Part shown: positions 24,601-34,996 of the stretch, piece by piece
Layout: the number at the start of each line of letters is the position of its first letter
Position numbering within the stretch: position 1 is the first letter of the stretch
Assembly (NCBI RefSeq): GCF_964355755.1
Contig: NC_092673.1
Coordinates: 16,985,648-17,049,647, forward strand
Direction: 5' to 3'
Length of the DNA: 64,000 nucleotides
Origin: Antedon mediterranea
Lineage: Eukaryota > Animalia > Echinodermata
Notes under the pieces: generated by a model
Seen by the model: only the letters and a program-made list of their open reading frames with translations
Told to the model about the DNA's origin: nothing
The model's database searches: none
Made by a program: the position numbers and the translations under genes

Positions 24601-25894
24601 TGTGTTTTAAATAACCAAATGTTTATTTTGTTCACAATATTTAATTCTTATTATTTCAGATCCAGAGCAGCCACAAAATCAAGGGTAAATGTTTATTGAG
24701 TTACACCAAAAATTTGACATTTATCATTATTTGTTTTAACAATAAATTTACAGCAATACTTCTGCTTTGTACTTTTAACCAAATTAATTATGTGTATAAT
24801 TAATAATAAAACAGACAAAGTTCTTGTTTCTGCCTCAAAATAAAATATACCTGATGATGACCTATGGTCGAAAATACTAGTACAATAAATATTTTATTTT
24901 GATGCAGAAAACAAGAAATTTGTCTGTTTTATACATGATCTTGCCTATGCAGCACCTTTTTTTTCCCTAATTATGTGTATACTCTGGTATTAACTTCACT
25001 CAGTAACTTCATTTTTCATTCAGTACAAACACACTGCCAATTGGCTGCTGGTGTTGTATGTTTATACCAGAGAACTCCCTGTTTATACCATAATCAATCA
25101 ATAAATAAGTATTGCGCGTATGCATGTAAATTGGTAAACAAAGATACAATTGTAGCAATGTTAACTTACTGGAAATCTAATGATTTTTTTCACTGATTTA
25201 GAATAAATTAATGTTTTAAATGGTTATTTATGCCTATTCAATTTATTGATAAAAAATTAATACTTATCTTATAGTAAGAGGTAGAAGGAGTCTGAAAAAG
25301 TAAATTTAAGATTAATTATAATGTTATAATTGTTAGTTAGAATTTTAATAATAATTTGTGTACATTTTTAGTTCTAGACCGAGCCGAAAGAAATGTTTGT
25401 TGAAGTTTTTAAAAGGTATTTAACTATTCTATTTCAGAGTCTCAAAAATTGTTTTTAAATTCAAGCATTGTTTTCAACCTTCTGTAGTTTCAATTTGTAA
25501 AAATTATTTTTGTATACCTTTTACCTATAAATATTTTTTTTTGTCAATATAAAAAGTCAATAAACACAAATATATTGATAGGTAGAAATTGTGTAATTTT
25601 AAGAAAAACTCTTAATATAATTGTAAGAACCTTGAAACCTCTCAAGAATATTTTTTAAACAAGATAAGGATTTATGACAAATTTTCTCTTTTAGATTACC
25701 GGTGGAAAGTTTTTGCATTTTGGTTAATTCTATTGGCAGCCTTTGTCATCTTAATTATTATATATGATGGCTTAGCAGCAAGAATTGGCATTGGTATTGG
25801 ATTGTTGGTAACTGTTGGTATCTGGTGTGTACATAAGAAAGTCACCAAGTCTTTCCCCCGTATTCTTAAACCGGACTTTAGTCGTAGTTCGTAG
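3496..25894 (+). CDS. Multi-exon ROCO-family protein: Roc GTPase-COR-tandem DED-two TM helices (5'-incomplete, ~1,155 codons visible)
   Basis: Hand-spliced GT-AG exons with consistent phases: 3496-3643, 5106-5191, 5532-5596, 5890-5962, 6528-6592, 6892-6964, 7183-7241, 7552-7672, 8156-8313, 8763-8852, 9040-9219, 9396-9644, 10416-10604, 12176-12358, 12566-12874, 12969-13040, 13674-13890, 18551-18595, 19257-19796, 20701-20763, 21077-21190, 24223-24321, 24660-24684, 25372-25415, 25695-25894 (TAG). Total 3467 nt starting in phase 1, no internal stop. Roc, COR and DED motifs occur in order. Confidence 0.85.
5106..5191 (+). CDS. Roc exon with switch I/G2 (TDGI)
   Basis: FEKNHVVTDGIAVIRTASTTWKEANADS; phase 2 acceptor matches the previous donor; T-x-G-I is the Roc G2 pattern. 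Confidence 0.88.
5532..7672 (+). CDS. Three copies of a basic-exon/acidic-exon pair inserted between Roc G2 and G3
   Basis: Basic exons (NPSKQYTKIVTDKLRKKKTLN-like) at 5532-5596, 6528-6592, 7183-7241; acidic exons (IDMKPPTDDEDGILDEYNNDDKND-like) at 5890-5962, 6892-6964, 7552-7672. All have intact AG/GT sites, and the flanking intron sequence is duplicated too. Confidence 0.75.
5992..6117 (-). mobile_element. Helitron 3'-terminal fragment (second copy at 6994-7120)
   Basis: Minus strand ends in CTAG|T after a GC hairpin (ctagaggg...ccctctag) and shares gatggttctcg with the Helitron end at 10646. Confidence 0.6.
8156..9644 (+). CDS. Roc G3-G5 exons and start of COR
   Basis: FNIWDHGGQLIYHGIHR|MFMTLQALYIVVFDLS (Roc WDFxGQ...HxxFLTxxALYxVVFDL pattern); PTILIVGTHKG (G4 position); YFAIEN (G5 position); VPLKW (COR entry). 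Confidence 0.92.
10416..13890 (+). CDS. COR domain exons ending in a Cys/His cluster
   Basis: LNFLYDLGEIVY, VLDPMQLVEIV, GILEEKLLRKLW, FLVALMIQLGFI, FFVPLRL and GYLPDVLFPYMI are COR-type motifs; the last exon has CILCDIC...H...LPC. Confidence 0.88.
10646..12078 (-). mobile_element. Non-autonomous Helitron in a COR intron
   Basis: Minus strand starts A|TCTATATATA and ends with the palindrome ctagatggtacgcgagcgtaccatctag|T; inserted in an AT dinucleotide without TSD; further copies at 37986-39235 and 39321-40499. Confidence 0.85.
14100..14420. mobile_element. Helentron/DINE-like non-autonomous repeat remnant
   Basis: (caaa)n microsatellite followed by terminal hairpin tacctccttggcggaggta, the usual HINE layout; left boundary approximate. 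Confidence 0.5.
14893..16505. mobile_element. Kolobok-like non-autonomous DNA transposon
   Basis: TTAA|AGGGGGGTTCCGGGTTTAAAAT...ATTTTAAACCCAGAATCCCCCT|TTAA: TIRs with purine 5' termini and TTAA TSD. Confidence 0.8.
16890..17183 (+). mobile_element. tRNA-derived SINE with Deu/Nin-like core (5'-eroded)
   Basis: B-box ggttcgag; core ggataaggactataaaccgtaggtcc...aagagtagggggttaccccggtg; (taaa)n tail; homologous to the copy at 59514. Confidence 0.7.
17337..18398. mobile_element. MITE with CAGG TIRs and 5-bp TSD (ATCAT), inserted in an ~88-bp tandem repeat
   Basis: caggcccgtagccagg ... cctggctacggccctg; ATCAT on both sides; the uninterrupted unit cagaatcattattgataatc is seen at 17238-17257. Confidence 0.85.
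19257..19796 (+). CDS. Tandem death-effector-domain (DED-DED) exon
   Basis: 540-nt phase 1-1 exon. FRDLKGGLS...WLRFLLFDQL...DLLNTLEDKGFISPTNVNLLLEI and LSSYRKRLFKALKQV...VWDAVLYLENDKQL match the two helical DEDs of the caspase-8/cFLIP prodomain pattern. Confidence 0.8.
21330..23026 (+). mobile_element. 5'-truncated Tx1/L1-clade LINE (ORF2 C-terminus with zf-RVT) in an intron
   Basis: Open frame from ~21351 to 22670: WEKRHLTFFGRITIVKTLALSKIIY, QGGLKM, FNFKLLHRILPTNERL...CDTC...HMLVEC; A-rich end near 23012-23026. Confidence 0.9.
23060..24134. repeat. AT-rich diverged direct duplication (~450-490 bp units)
   Basis: gttaaatgataatgtatgtataa, gaacccacata, tgttaaaggatgag and aacaactatgtaagaaaaaa recur at about 480-bp spacing. 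Confidence 0.65.
25695..25894 (+). CDS. Terminal exon with two transmembrane helices; stop codon supplied by an inserted MITE
   Basis: DYRWKVFAFWLILLAAFVILIIIYDGLAARIGIGIGLLVTVGIWCVHKKVTKSF then PRILKPDFSRSS* read from the TIR; two hydrophobic stretches flanked by basic residues. Confidence 0.8.
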
Positions 25895-26788
25895 TTCGAA
25901 GTTCGACTTGGAAAAGTCGTAGTTCGAGCTATTACTTCAAATTCGATTCAAAAACGAAGTAGTCGAAGTTTGCAGTTCGACTTAATGAAGTCGAGCTTTT
26001 AGTCGAGTTGCACACGTCTGGGTAACAAAGGCTATACATTGGCCAATAACAAGAGAGTATTTTAGGAGCAGACGAAATTTTGCGCATTGATATCACTTTC
26101 CATTTCTTACAACACTTTTTACGCATCAGGACTATATACATGAAAAATAATTTTAATCGTTAATTATTAGAACAATATCAGTATTAATTTAACAGTGAAG
26201 TATATTTGATTAACAACAAATAAAATCTTTAAAATATATTTAGGAACCATGGCGGTACGGTAACTTTTATATTTTCTAGGCCCCCAACAAAGTATGATCG
26301 CCACGAACCACACACTTCATAGCGTGACAAGAAAGCGCTAGGCCCCCTAAACATTCCATCGCGTGGTGAATTGCCGCATCTCCCATTGTCGCTATGGCGT
26401 GACGTAGCTCAAGTCGGACTTGCGCGAAGAAAATAATGTAATTTGTATACAGTTGTAAATAAAGATGATTTTCATTATTATAATTTATACCAATGTATAT
26501 TTAATTAAGCTAATATAAATATAGATATTTCATTCTTCAATATCTGGCCAATATAACAACTCAATGACTGTTACGTTTTTTATAAACATCGTTTAAAAAC
26601 CATTTAGTCGACCATTTAGTCTGCCCCCTCCAGGACTAAAAAAATCGATCAAAATCCGTCTCGATTTAGTCGAGGTTGGCCTGATTTAGTCGGTGATTTA
26701 GTTGAAGTTCGGTTTATGAATTAAAATGACGTCATTTTTCTAGTTTTAGCTCGAACTACGACTAAAGTCCGGTTTAAGAATACGGGCG
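25855..26788. mobile_element. MITE (PIF/Harbinger-like termini) inside the last coding exon
   Basis: cccgtattcttaaaccggactttagtcgtagttcg at 25857 and its exact reverse complement ending at 26786; TSD ambiguous (TTT/TTG). Confidence 0.85.
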
Positions 26789-27318
26789 TTGTACTCAGTC
26801 AACAAACGTAGCAGCAGACGAACAGAGAGCACGCTATCCAAAAATTTCCCAAGAAGAACAATAGATCACAAGGAAAGACACTGTAAACAGCCCTTGTATA
26901 AAGAATATCAAAGATAGATGTAAAATGAAAAATATGTGAAACAAAATGGGAGGTTTTTTCACGATGATGAATGACTAGAGGTTTAGAGGGTGTTACTGTA
27001 AATTAAAGATGGCCATCCAAGGGTCAATATCACAATCCACACTCCATTCAAAATTATTTTCCGCTCAAGGAATTCAGCCTTGCTTGTCAAATCAAACTGC
27101 AACATTGATTTAAGGATTTGTTTTTGTAAAATACAATCAACTTTTTAAAAACAGAACTCTCATTAGAATTTTACAAATTTCAGTTTTTTTAACGTTCCAA
27201 ATTCTATTATTGATTTTATGAAAAGATTTAAATTAAAATTAGACTTTTTAGTTTAATAAAGTGGGTAATGCAATGCCAGTATTATGTATGTAAATAATAT
27301 TAGTTTTATTAAGCTTAA

Positions 27319-28746
27319 CATGCTGTAGTAGACAGTTGTAAACATATTGAAGCTGTAACTCAGTTGTTAATTGTGTACTCAATGCTGTAGTAGACAGTTG
27401 TCAACATATTGAAGCTGTAACTCAGTTGTCAATTGTGTACTCAATGCTGTAGTAGACAGTTGTCAACATATTGAAGGTGTAACTCAGTTGTCAATTGTGT
27501 ACTCAATGCTGTAGTAGACAGTTGTCAACATATCGAAGCTGTAACTCAGTTGTCAATTGTCTACTCAATGTTGTAGTAGACATTTGTCATCATATAGAAG
27601 CTGTAACTCAGTTGTCAATTGTCTACTCAATGCTGTAGTAGACAGTTGTCAACATATTGAAGCTGTAACTCAGTTGTCAATTGTGTACTCAATGCTGTAG
27701 TAGACAGTTGTCAACATATTGAAGCTGTAACTCAGTTGTCAATTGTGTACTCAATGCTGTAGTAGACAGTTGTCAACATATTGAAGCTGTAACTCAGTTG
27801 TTAATTGTGTACTCAATGCTGTAGTAGACAGTTGTCAACATATTGAAGCTGTAACTCAGTTGTCAATTGTGTACTCAATGCTGTAGTAGACAGTTGTCAA
27901 CATATTGAAGGTGTAACTCAGTTGTCAATTGTCTACTCAATGCTGTAGTAGACAGTTGTCAACATATTGAAGCTGTAACTCAGTTGTCAATTGTGTACTC
28001 AATGCTGTAGTAGACAGTTGTCAACATATTGAAGCTGTAACTCAGTTGTCAATTGTCTACTCAATGCTGTAGTAGACAGTTGTCAACATATTGAAGCTGT
28101 AACTCAGTTGTCAATTGTCTACTCAATGCTGTAGTAGACAGTTGTCAACATATTGAAGCTGTAACTCAGTTGTCAATTGTGTACTCAATGCTGTAGTAGA
28201 CAGTTGTCAACATATTGAAGCTGTAACTCAGTTGTCAATTGTGTACTCAATGCCGTAGTAGACAGTTGTCAACATATCGAAGCTGTAACTCAGTTGTCAA
28301 TTGTCTACTCAATGTTGTAGTAGACAGTTGTCAACATATTGAAGCTGTAACTCAGTTGTCAATTGTGTACTCAATGCCGTAGTAGACAGTTGTCATCATA
28401 TAGAAGCTGTAACTCAGTTGTCAATTGTCTACTCAATGCTGTAGTAGACAGTTGTCAACATATTGAAGCTGTAACTCAGTTGTCAATTGTGTACTCAATG
28501 CTGTAGTAGACAGTTGTCAACATATTGAAGCTGTAACTCAGTTGTCAATTGTCTACTCAATGCTGTAGTAGACAGTTGTCAACATATTGAAGCTGTAACT
28601 CAGTTGTCAATTGTGTACTCAATGCTGTAGTAGACAGTTGTCAACATATTGAAGCTGTAACTCAGTTGTCAATTGTCTACTCAATGCTGTAGTAGACAGT
28701 TGTCAACATATTGAAGCAGTAACTCAGTTGTCAAATTGTCTACTCA
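27319..28746. repeat. 62-bp minisatellite, ~23 copies, in the presumptive 3'UTR/downstream region
   Basis: Unit tcaatgctgtagtagacagttgtcaacatattgaagctgtaactcagttgtcaattgtgtac; no unique spacers. Confidence 0.97.
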
Positions 28747-29239
28747 TTTATTTGTCATTTCATATTGAAAACCAATTACTCTTATTATTTGAAAATGGAC
28801 AGACAGACATGCTTACTATTTTTATATGATTACAGTCTAGATATCTGAAGTTACATAATTAGCATACATATTCTGATTGGTAGGAAGTTACATTTTTTTT
28901 CAAATATTAATACAGTATTTTATAGTTAGATGGGCAATTAGAGATGCCCCTACAGTCTTGTTGTTTCAAAGTGTATATTGCAGCTATAAACATGTAAAAT
29001 AATAATTTGATAAATGAAGAAAATTCAAATTTATAAGGGGATGGGATATGAGGGCAGCAAATATGTGTTTGATGGTGATATAATGATACTGATGATAATA
29101 ATGTTGCTATTTTTTTTGTATTAATAACTATGGTAGTTATGATTAATGATGCTAAATTGTATTTTAAATCAAGAAATCATGTAATAATTAGACCATGACA
29201 ATCTAAATGTATTGTGACCAAGACAATAATATTTTTCAC

Positions 29240-29432
29240 TCAACAACACAATTTGTTGTGGATAAATCTAAAAGCTGTAGGAATCACTGTATTATGGTAC
29301 AGGGATTTTAACAACACAATTTGTTGTGGATAAATCTAAAAGCTGTAGGAATCACTGTATTTATAGTAGGCCTACAGGGATTTTAACAACACAATTTGTT
29401 GTGGATAAATCTAAAAGCTGTACAGGGATTTT
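29240..29432. repeat. Three tandem copies of a ~70-bp unit
   Basis: caacacaatttgttgtggataaatctaaaagctgta occurs three times. Confidence 0.85.
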
Positions 29433-31174
29433 TACGAAAAATGACCAAATTGATAATGATAACTATTAATGATGTGCAATTGTCAGTCTGTGTTAACTGT
29501 CACCCTTTTTAATTCATATTTTGCGATATCAATGTTGTCATCCTTCATACTGAATTTTGGTAAAAGTTTGGCCTACTGTACTTAATAGGCCTACAATAAA
29601 TATAATAATTCAATTCACATTATGTGTTTGTTCTGTTTTTATTTTGTAATTTTGAACATATTTACATTACTTATAAATAACTAACATGTGCATATTATGC
29701 AAATGAGACCAGGTAAACGGAAGTACAGAATGATGTTTATTAAATATAATAAATTGAATAAATTGTAAATTTTTTTGTACAGAACTGAATTATATTTTTT
29801 ATATGAATGAATTTTCTAATACCTATTTGTTAAAAATGAAATGTTTTATATTTTGATATTTTTCACTTTTAATTCAATTTTGTAAATTAAAACTCAATTA
29901 AGTATTTATGCTGCTGTGTTTTAATGTTTATATTATTATTTTTATAATAAATACTAATGAATGAAAAGCTTTTTTTTGTTTGTAAGGATTGTGTGTTTGT
30001 TTGGAAAGGGGAGATTTTAACATCGAGGAGATCATTATACTGTATCAAAATGTACGTGCTTTGCTATTCATCGTATATTATACAAAATATCCATTCCACC
30101 AATCCAGAGATGTTACGTGGCAAAATGGTGGTTGCGCCCTCTATAAAAAATAAAAGTTTATTCACCCACCACAAAGAATATATATCACAAGAATGAGTAT
30201 TCCGCGATTTTTGCATGAGAAATTTGTAACAGAGAGCTCCAGTGAGTGATGCCCGCCCTCATAAGGGCGGATGTATACATTACTAAATAAGACTTGATTT
30301 AATAGACATGATACATGCGGGGATACATGTCACATTAAATAGAATTATGAAGATAGTTTTTGCAATTGTAAACTATTTTATAATACATATTTATTAACAA
30401 ACTAGTGTTTATTCACTTTTAAGTTTTACAGACAATTATTTACTAACATGCTAAGTTAGTTCACAAAAAAGGCCTAACACAGCAACACCAAAAATCAACG
30501 AATATTACTCAGCACGGCCTATTCTTTACCATTGCCGTGTACTACTGTACGCCCGGTAAATTAAGTATTGCTTTTATGATATAAATTAGTATAAAACACA
30601 TGTTATTAATAGGAGAAAATGTTAAATGTCATTAACATTTATTTGTTTTACCAGAAACAAGTTAAATATAGGAATATTATTAAACTATCCTTCATGAAAA
30701 CGCGTAAACAGCAACACGCCCGGTCACGCTATCGTAGCGCCCGGTTGATAAAGCAAACTGTTTATACGGCAGTTTTTACTAAATAAATTGCATAAAACGA
30801 ACAATTAAATATCCAAATAGTATTTAACATGATGTTGGCATGTAGTTGATAACATTTTTTATCATGAAAATACTACCGGTGGTCCAGCCTTTGATTAGTG
30901 AAACCGTCACAAAAAGTTGTATACATCCCAGATACATCCACACTTATGGCGGCGCCCTACCACATGGACAATATTACTGTTACAGTGAAAATCGCGGATT
31001 ACTCATTCTTGTGATATATATTCTTTGCCCACCAACAAACCACTCACAACATGTCGAAGAATGTCAAACACAAGAAGTAAGTTTTTGTTTCATAATATTA
31101 TCATATACCATAATCATATACGGTATACGGTATATACTGTATCCTAGGCCTACCTACTTAGTACTATATTATAT

Positions 31175-32036
31175 CGCCATGGCTAAAGATACGGTACCGT
31201 ATCCTAACTTCCGTTTGCTAAAGGTACAGTAAAATTGCATTACGTCATAGTCGCGAAAACAGTGATCAACCGGCGGATTAACATAGAATACAGAAATTTA
31301 CCGTTTCAAAAGAGGCCTACCATACGTACTATAACCATGCTAAGGCTAGCCTCGGTATATGAGTTTGTTTGCCAGACTGGGGCCCAGCTGCATGTGTGTG
31401 CTGATTTCTGTGATTAAGACCTGGGGCTAGGCCTATTGTCTAAATCATAGTATTTGAGGGCCCCTTTATTGTCCGCATTTGCTTTTTGTTTATGGTCACC
31501 ATCTGTAAACAAAGTTTATTAAAAAATATAGGCCTAAATAAGGCTATTTGGAATAAAAATCCTCATAGAAACTATAGGCCTATGGATGAATGAACTAGAC
31601 GCAACACAATTTCCAACATTAAATTATAATTTCTTTACTTCTAATTTGGTTATCAACATATTTCTACTGTAGTGTAGTGTTTAATGTTGTATAATGAAAT
31701 AATATTTGAGATTGAGTGCATGATTAAAACGCTTTATGTAACGTCCACCAACCACATGATCTTGCTCTATTACTACAGCATCGACGATTCTGGATTCAAC
31801 ATTACTAGGTCTAGCCCTGAGGCTGAGTCACAGAATCATCAGCGCACACATCCATGCAGCCTGGCGCCGCCGATAGGCATTCTCTACGGACGCGATGTGA
31901 AAAAAAATGCAAAGTCCTTATACGATGACGTCGCACACTTACCAGCACCCCATTGGCTGATTATGACGTAATGCAATTTTACCGTACCTTTAGTAAACGG
32001 AAGTTATGATACGGTACCGTATCTTTAGCCACGGCG
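31175..32036. mobile_element. MULE-like MITE with ~75-bp TIRs and 9-bp TSD
   Basis: cgccatggctaaagatacggtaccgtatc...gatacggtaccgtatctttagccacggcg, with ATATTATAT on both sides. Confidence 0.85.
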
Positions 32037-33019
32037 ATATTATATCAGCCTAGATAGGCCTATAGGCCTAGCTAGGCTAGTTCTCTAAGTAGCTGGGGCA
32101 GGCCCTAGCTATCAAAGGCTTTTTAATGGGTCTAGCTAGAAAGCTGAGGGAGTCTCCACAACATGTCGTTAGAGAACAGATATCAACTGCATTGTGATTG
32201 GTCCTAAGACGAACATAAACACATGGATGGATGAGCATGGGGGGGGGGGGGGGGGTGTCACTCTTAAATATTTCCATACGGGGGGAGGTGCCGCATATAT
32301 TTTCAAGAGCCTGGTAGCACAAATATTGGGAGTTGGTAGCACAAGTGTGTGAAATGACAGGGTGAAATTAGTAGTTTAAGTCCCTGGCCCGCCCACCCGT
32401 GTAAAAATTTCACGATTTATCGCCAAATTTTGCAAGAATTTTAGCATACTGGATGCTATAAGCCCGGCTATATAAGCCCATCGCAGGGCCCATCGCTAAA
32501 TACCTTTTAATAGAGTTTTCTCCGCGAGCATCATCAGTATATTAAACACGAAACATAGCCGGCCTAGGACAAAATCATTCAACTGTGACCACTCTTGATC
32601 ATCGGTGGTGTGCACCACCGCAAACGCGTCAAAATTTGCCATGAACGGTGGAGGTCTCTTTGGCCATGCGCAGATCATGCTGGGAACCAGTACAAATATT
32701 GCGCCCTCTCTGGCGTGGCCTTGATTTTGGTAAATGGTAGTTCAAGTCCGTAGTATTTTTCAGTAAAACAGGTAGCGCAAGTGCCTCATGTCTTGAAGTG
32801 GCTGCGGTACCCCCTTGTTTGGTTTATAAAATTAATTAAAACATGTTAAACTACAATACAACTAAACTAAATACTACAGTACAATCAAAATCAAAACATA
32901 TTAAAAACTACAGTACAATCGGAATTAAAACATCTTAAATACTACAAACAATACAATTAATTAAATTTAAAATATGTTAAACTACAAAACAACTAAACTA
33001 AATATCACAATCGGACGAG

Positions 33020-33960
33020 CATAATTGAAGATTTATTGACATAATTATATGTTTTTTGTTTGTTTTACTGATCACCTGATACAAATAAATGAAACGAATG
33101 TAGATACAGAAACAAAATCATAATGGTAACAGATTCATTGACGTAATTATATGTTTATTTGTTTTACCATAGAGATACTATGATATCTCTATGGTTTTAC
33201 TGATTACCTGATACATTTACATTTAATGTTAAATGTAAATAAATGAAACGAATATAGATACCGTAGTTAAACGAAATGGTAACAGATTCATTGACGTAAT
33301 TATTATGTATGTTTGCTTTACTGATCATCTGATAGCCTACATTTACATTTAATGTTAAAAGTAAATAAATGAAACGATGATCTCTTTGCTTTTCTTCCTT
33401 ATATCTTTACTCTTTTTAAAAGTTTTACTAACGATTTTTATTTTATTTTATTTTATTATATTTATATTTTTGCTTTATGTACACGACAACTAACGATTAA
33501 ATAACAGTTTTTCACATCGCAACTTATACAACGTAATTTTGAAAACTTCAACCATTTTTCTATATACATACAACGTACATTTCTAGTCTAACAAAAACAT
33601 TTTTATAAACTTTCTATTATTTAAAAGTCGAAGATAGCCAGGTCTCGGGTCCATTCTACTGTCGCCACAGATTGATATCTTCATCAGTACTTCTATGAAT
33701 GGATGATTAGGTGGAAACACGAACGCTAGTTGATCATACCCAGTACCGTTTTGATCGTACGATTAATCGGGAAACCACCTCACGAAGATACCGTAGAAAC
33801 AAAATGGTAACACTAACAACTCCCTGGTAACAGATTCATTGACGTAATTATATGTTTATTTGTTTTTTACTGATTACCGGATACAGTTAATGTTAAATGT
33901 AAATAAATGAAATGATTGTAGATACAAAAACAAAATGGTAACGGATTCATTGACGACATA
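33020..33960. repeat. Dispersed tandem-like repeat (ggtaacagattcattgacgtaattatatg units)
   Basis: Motif recurs near 33125, 33278, 33826 and 33937 together with aaataaatgaaacgaat blocks. Confidence 0.7.
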
Positions 33961-34996
33961 TTTATGGATTTTAGTTTTTTGTTTTACGACGACTCGGCTA
34001 TACTAGTTGAACCTATTTTCCCATCTTTTTATAATGGTATAGTCCATACAAGTCGAGGTGGCCGAAAATGGCACCTGATCCTATTGTTTTAATGGCAGGT
34101 CTTTCTTAAGAAGGGCCTACCGTAGGCCTAGACTTTTTTATTTAGCAAAGCTAGGCTTAGGCCTAGCCTACACAGACAGCCAATACGGCGCTAGGCCTAC
34201 GCCCATAATCTAGTAACTAGGCCTAGCCTAGGGGGTGTCACGAAAGCTCAGACCACGAAAGCTCAGACCCCCTAAGACCTAAGATCACGAAAGCTAAGAC
34301 CCAACACCTAAGATTACAAATATTTATCTTTCGCACCTGCCTTGTATTTTAACTCCCAACATTTATTCTGAATACCACACCTTAGAATTGGCACTTTCAT
34401 GAAAAAGAATCACATAAAAAGTAACAAATACATTTTTAAATTGATGATTTTACAGACGTTTTTCTCGCACACAAAATGACTAGCCTACAGTACAGTAGGC
34501 CTACCCCATGGCAGGTATATTCGGACCTTCAAAATGAAGACAGGAACATGTTCATGGACATTGATTATTAACAACTTAGGGAGTTTTAAAGGAAGATGTG
34601 ATTGGATATTGAGTGAGAGCGTCATTTCGACGATCGAGCATTCTCTACTCTCTAGTATTAGAGCATGACGGATTAATGAATAAATAATATGATCAGAACT
34701 ATGGAGCGCCAATCATTGTTTTGTCTAGTAACCTAAAGAAATTGCCTGTCGTACATGTTTACAACACTAAATGTTTAAAATTTCATTTCTTTCACTCTGA
34801 CACTACAGTTTTCAAAATAAGTTTTTTTCTGTGGAAAGTCCTGCGTTGCAGTAAAAAGCCGATGGGATGGTAATTGTCTTTATCATTCAATATCCCGTAT
34901 TTTTTTGTGTAATTATATTTTTCTAATTAATAAAAGATTTTTTATTTTGTGTATGTACAGTACTTGTATCTGAATATTTGTTACTTGCAGCCAAAT

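Noticed and set aside
27319-28746. CRISPR-like regular repeat (also 56261-57101)
   Set aside because: Head-to-tail repeats without unique spacers, no cas genes, eukaryotic context.
30846-31232. 128-aa ORF and gtaagt donor at 31077 as a first exon
   Set aside because: No recognisable motif, runs into a MITE TIR, no downstream exon partner identified.
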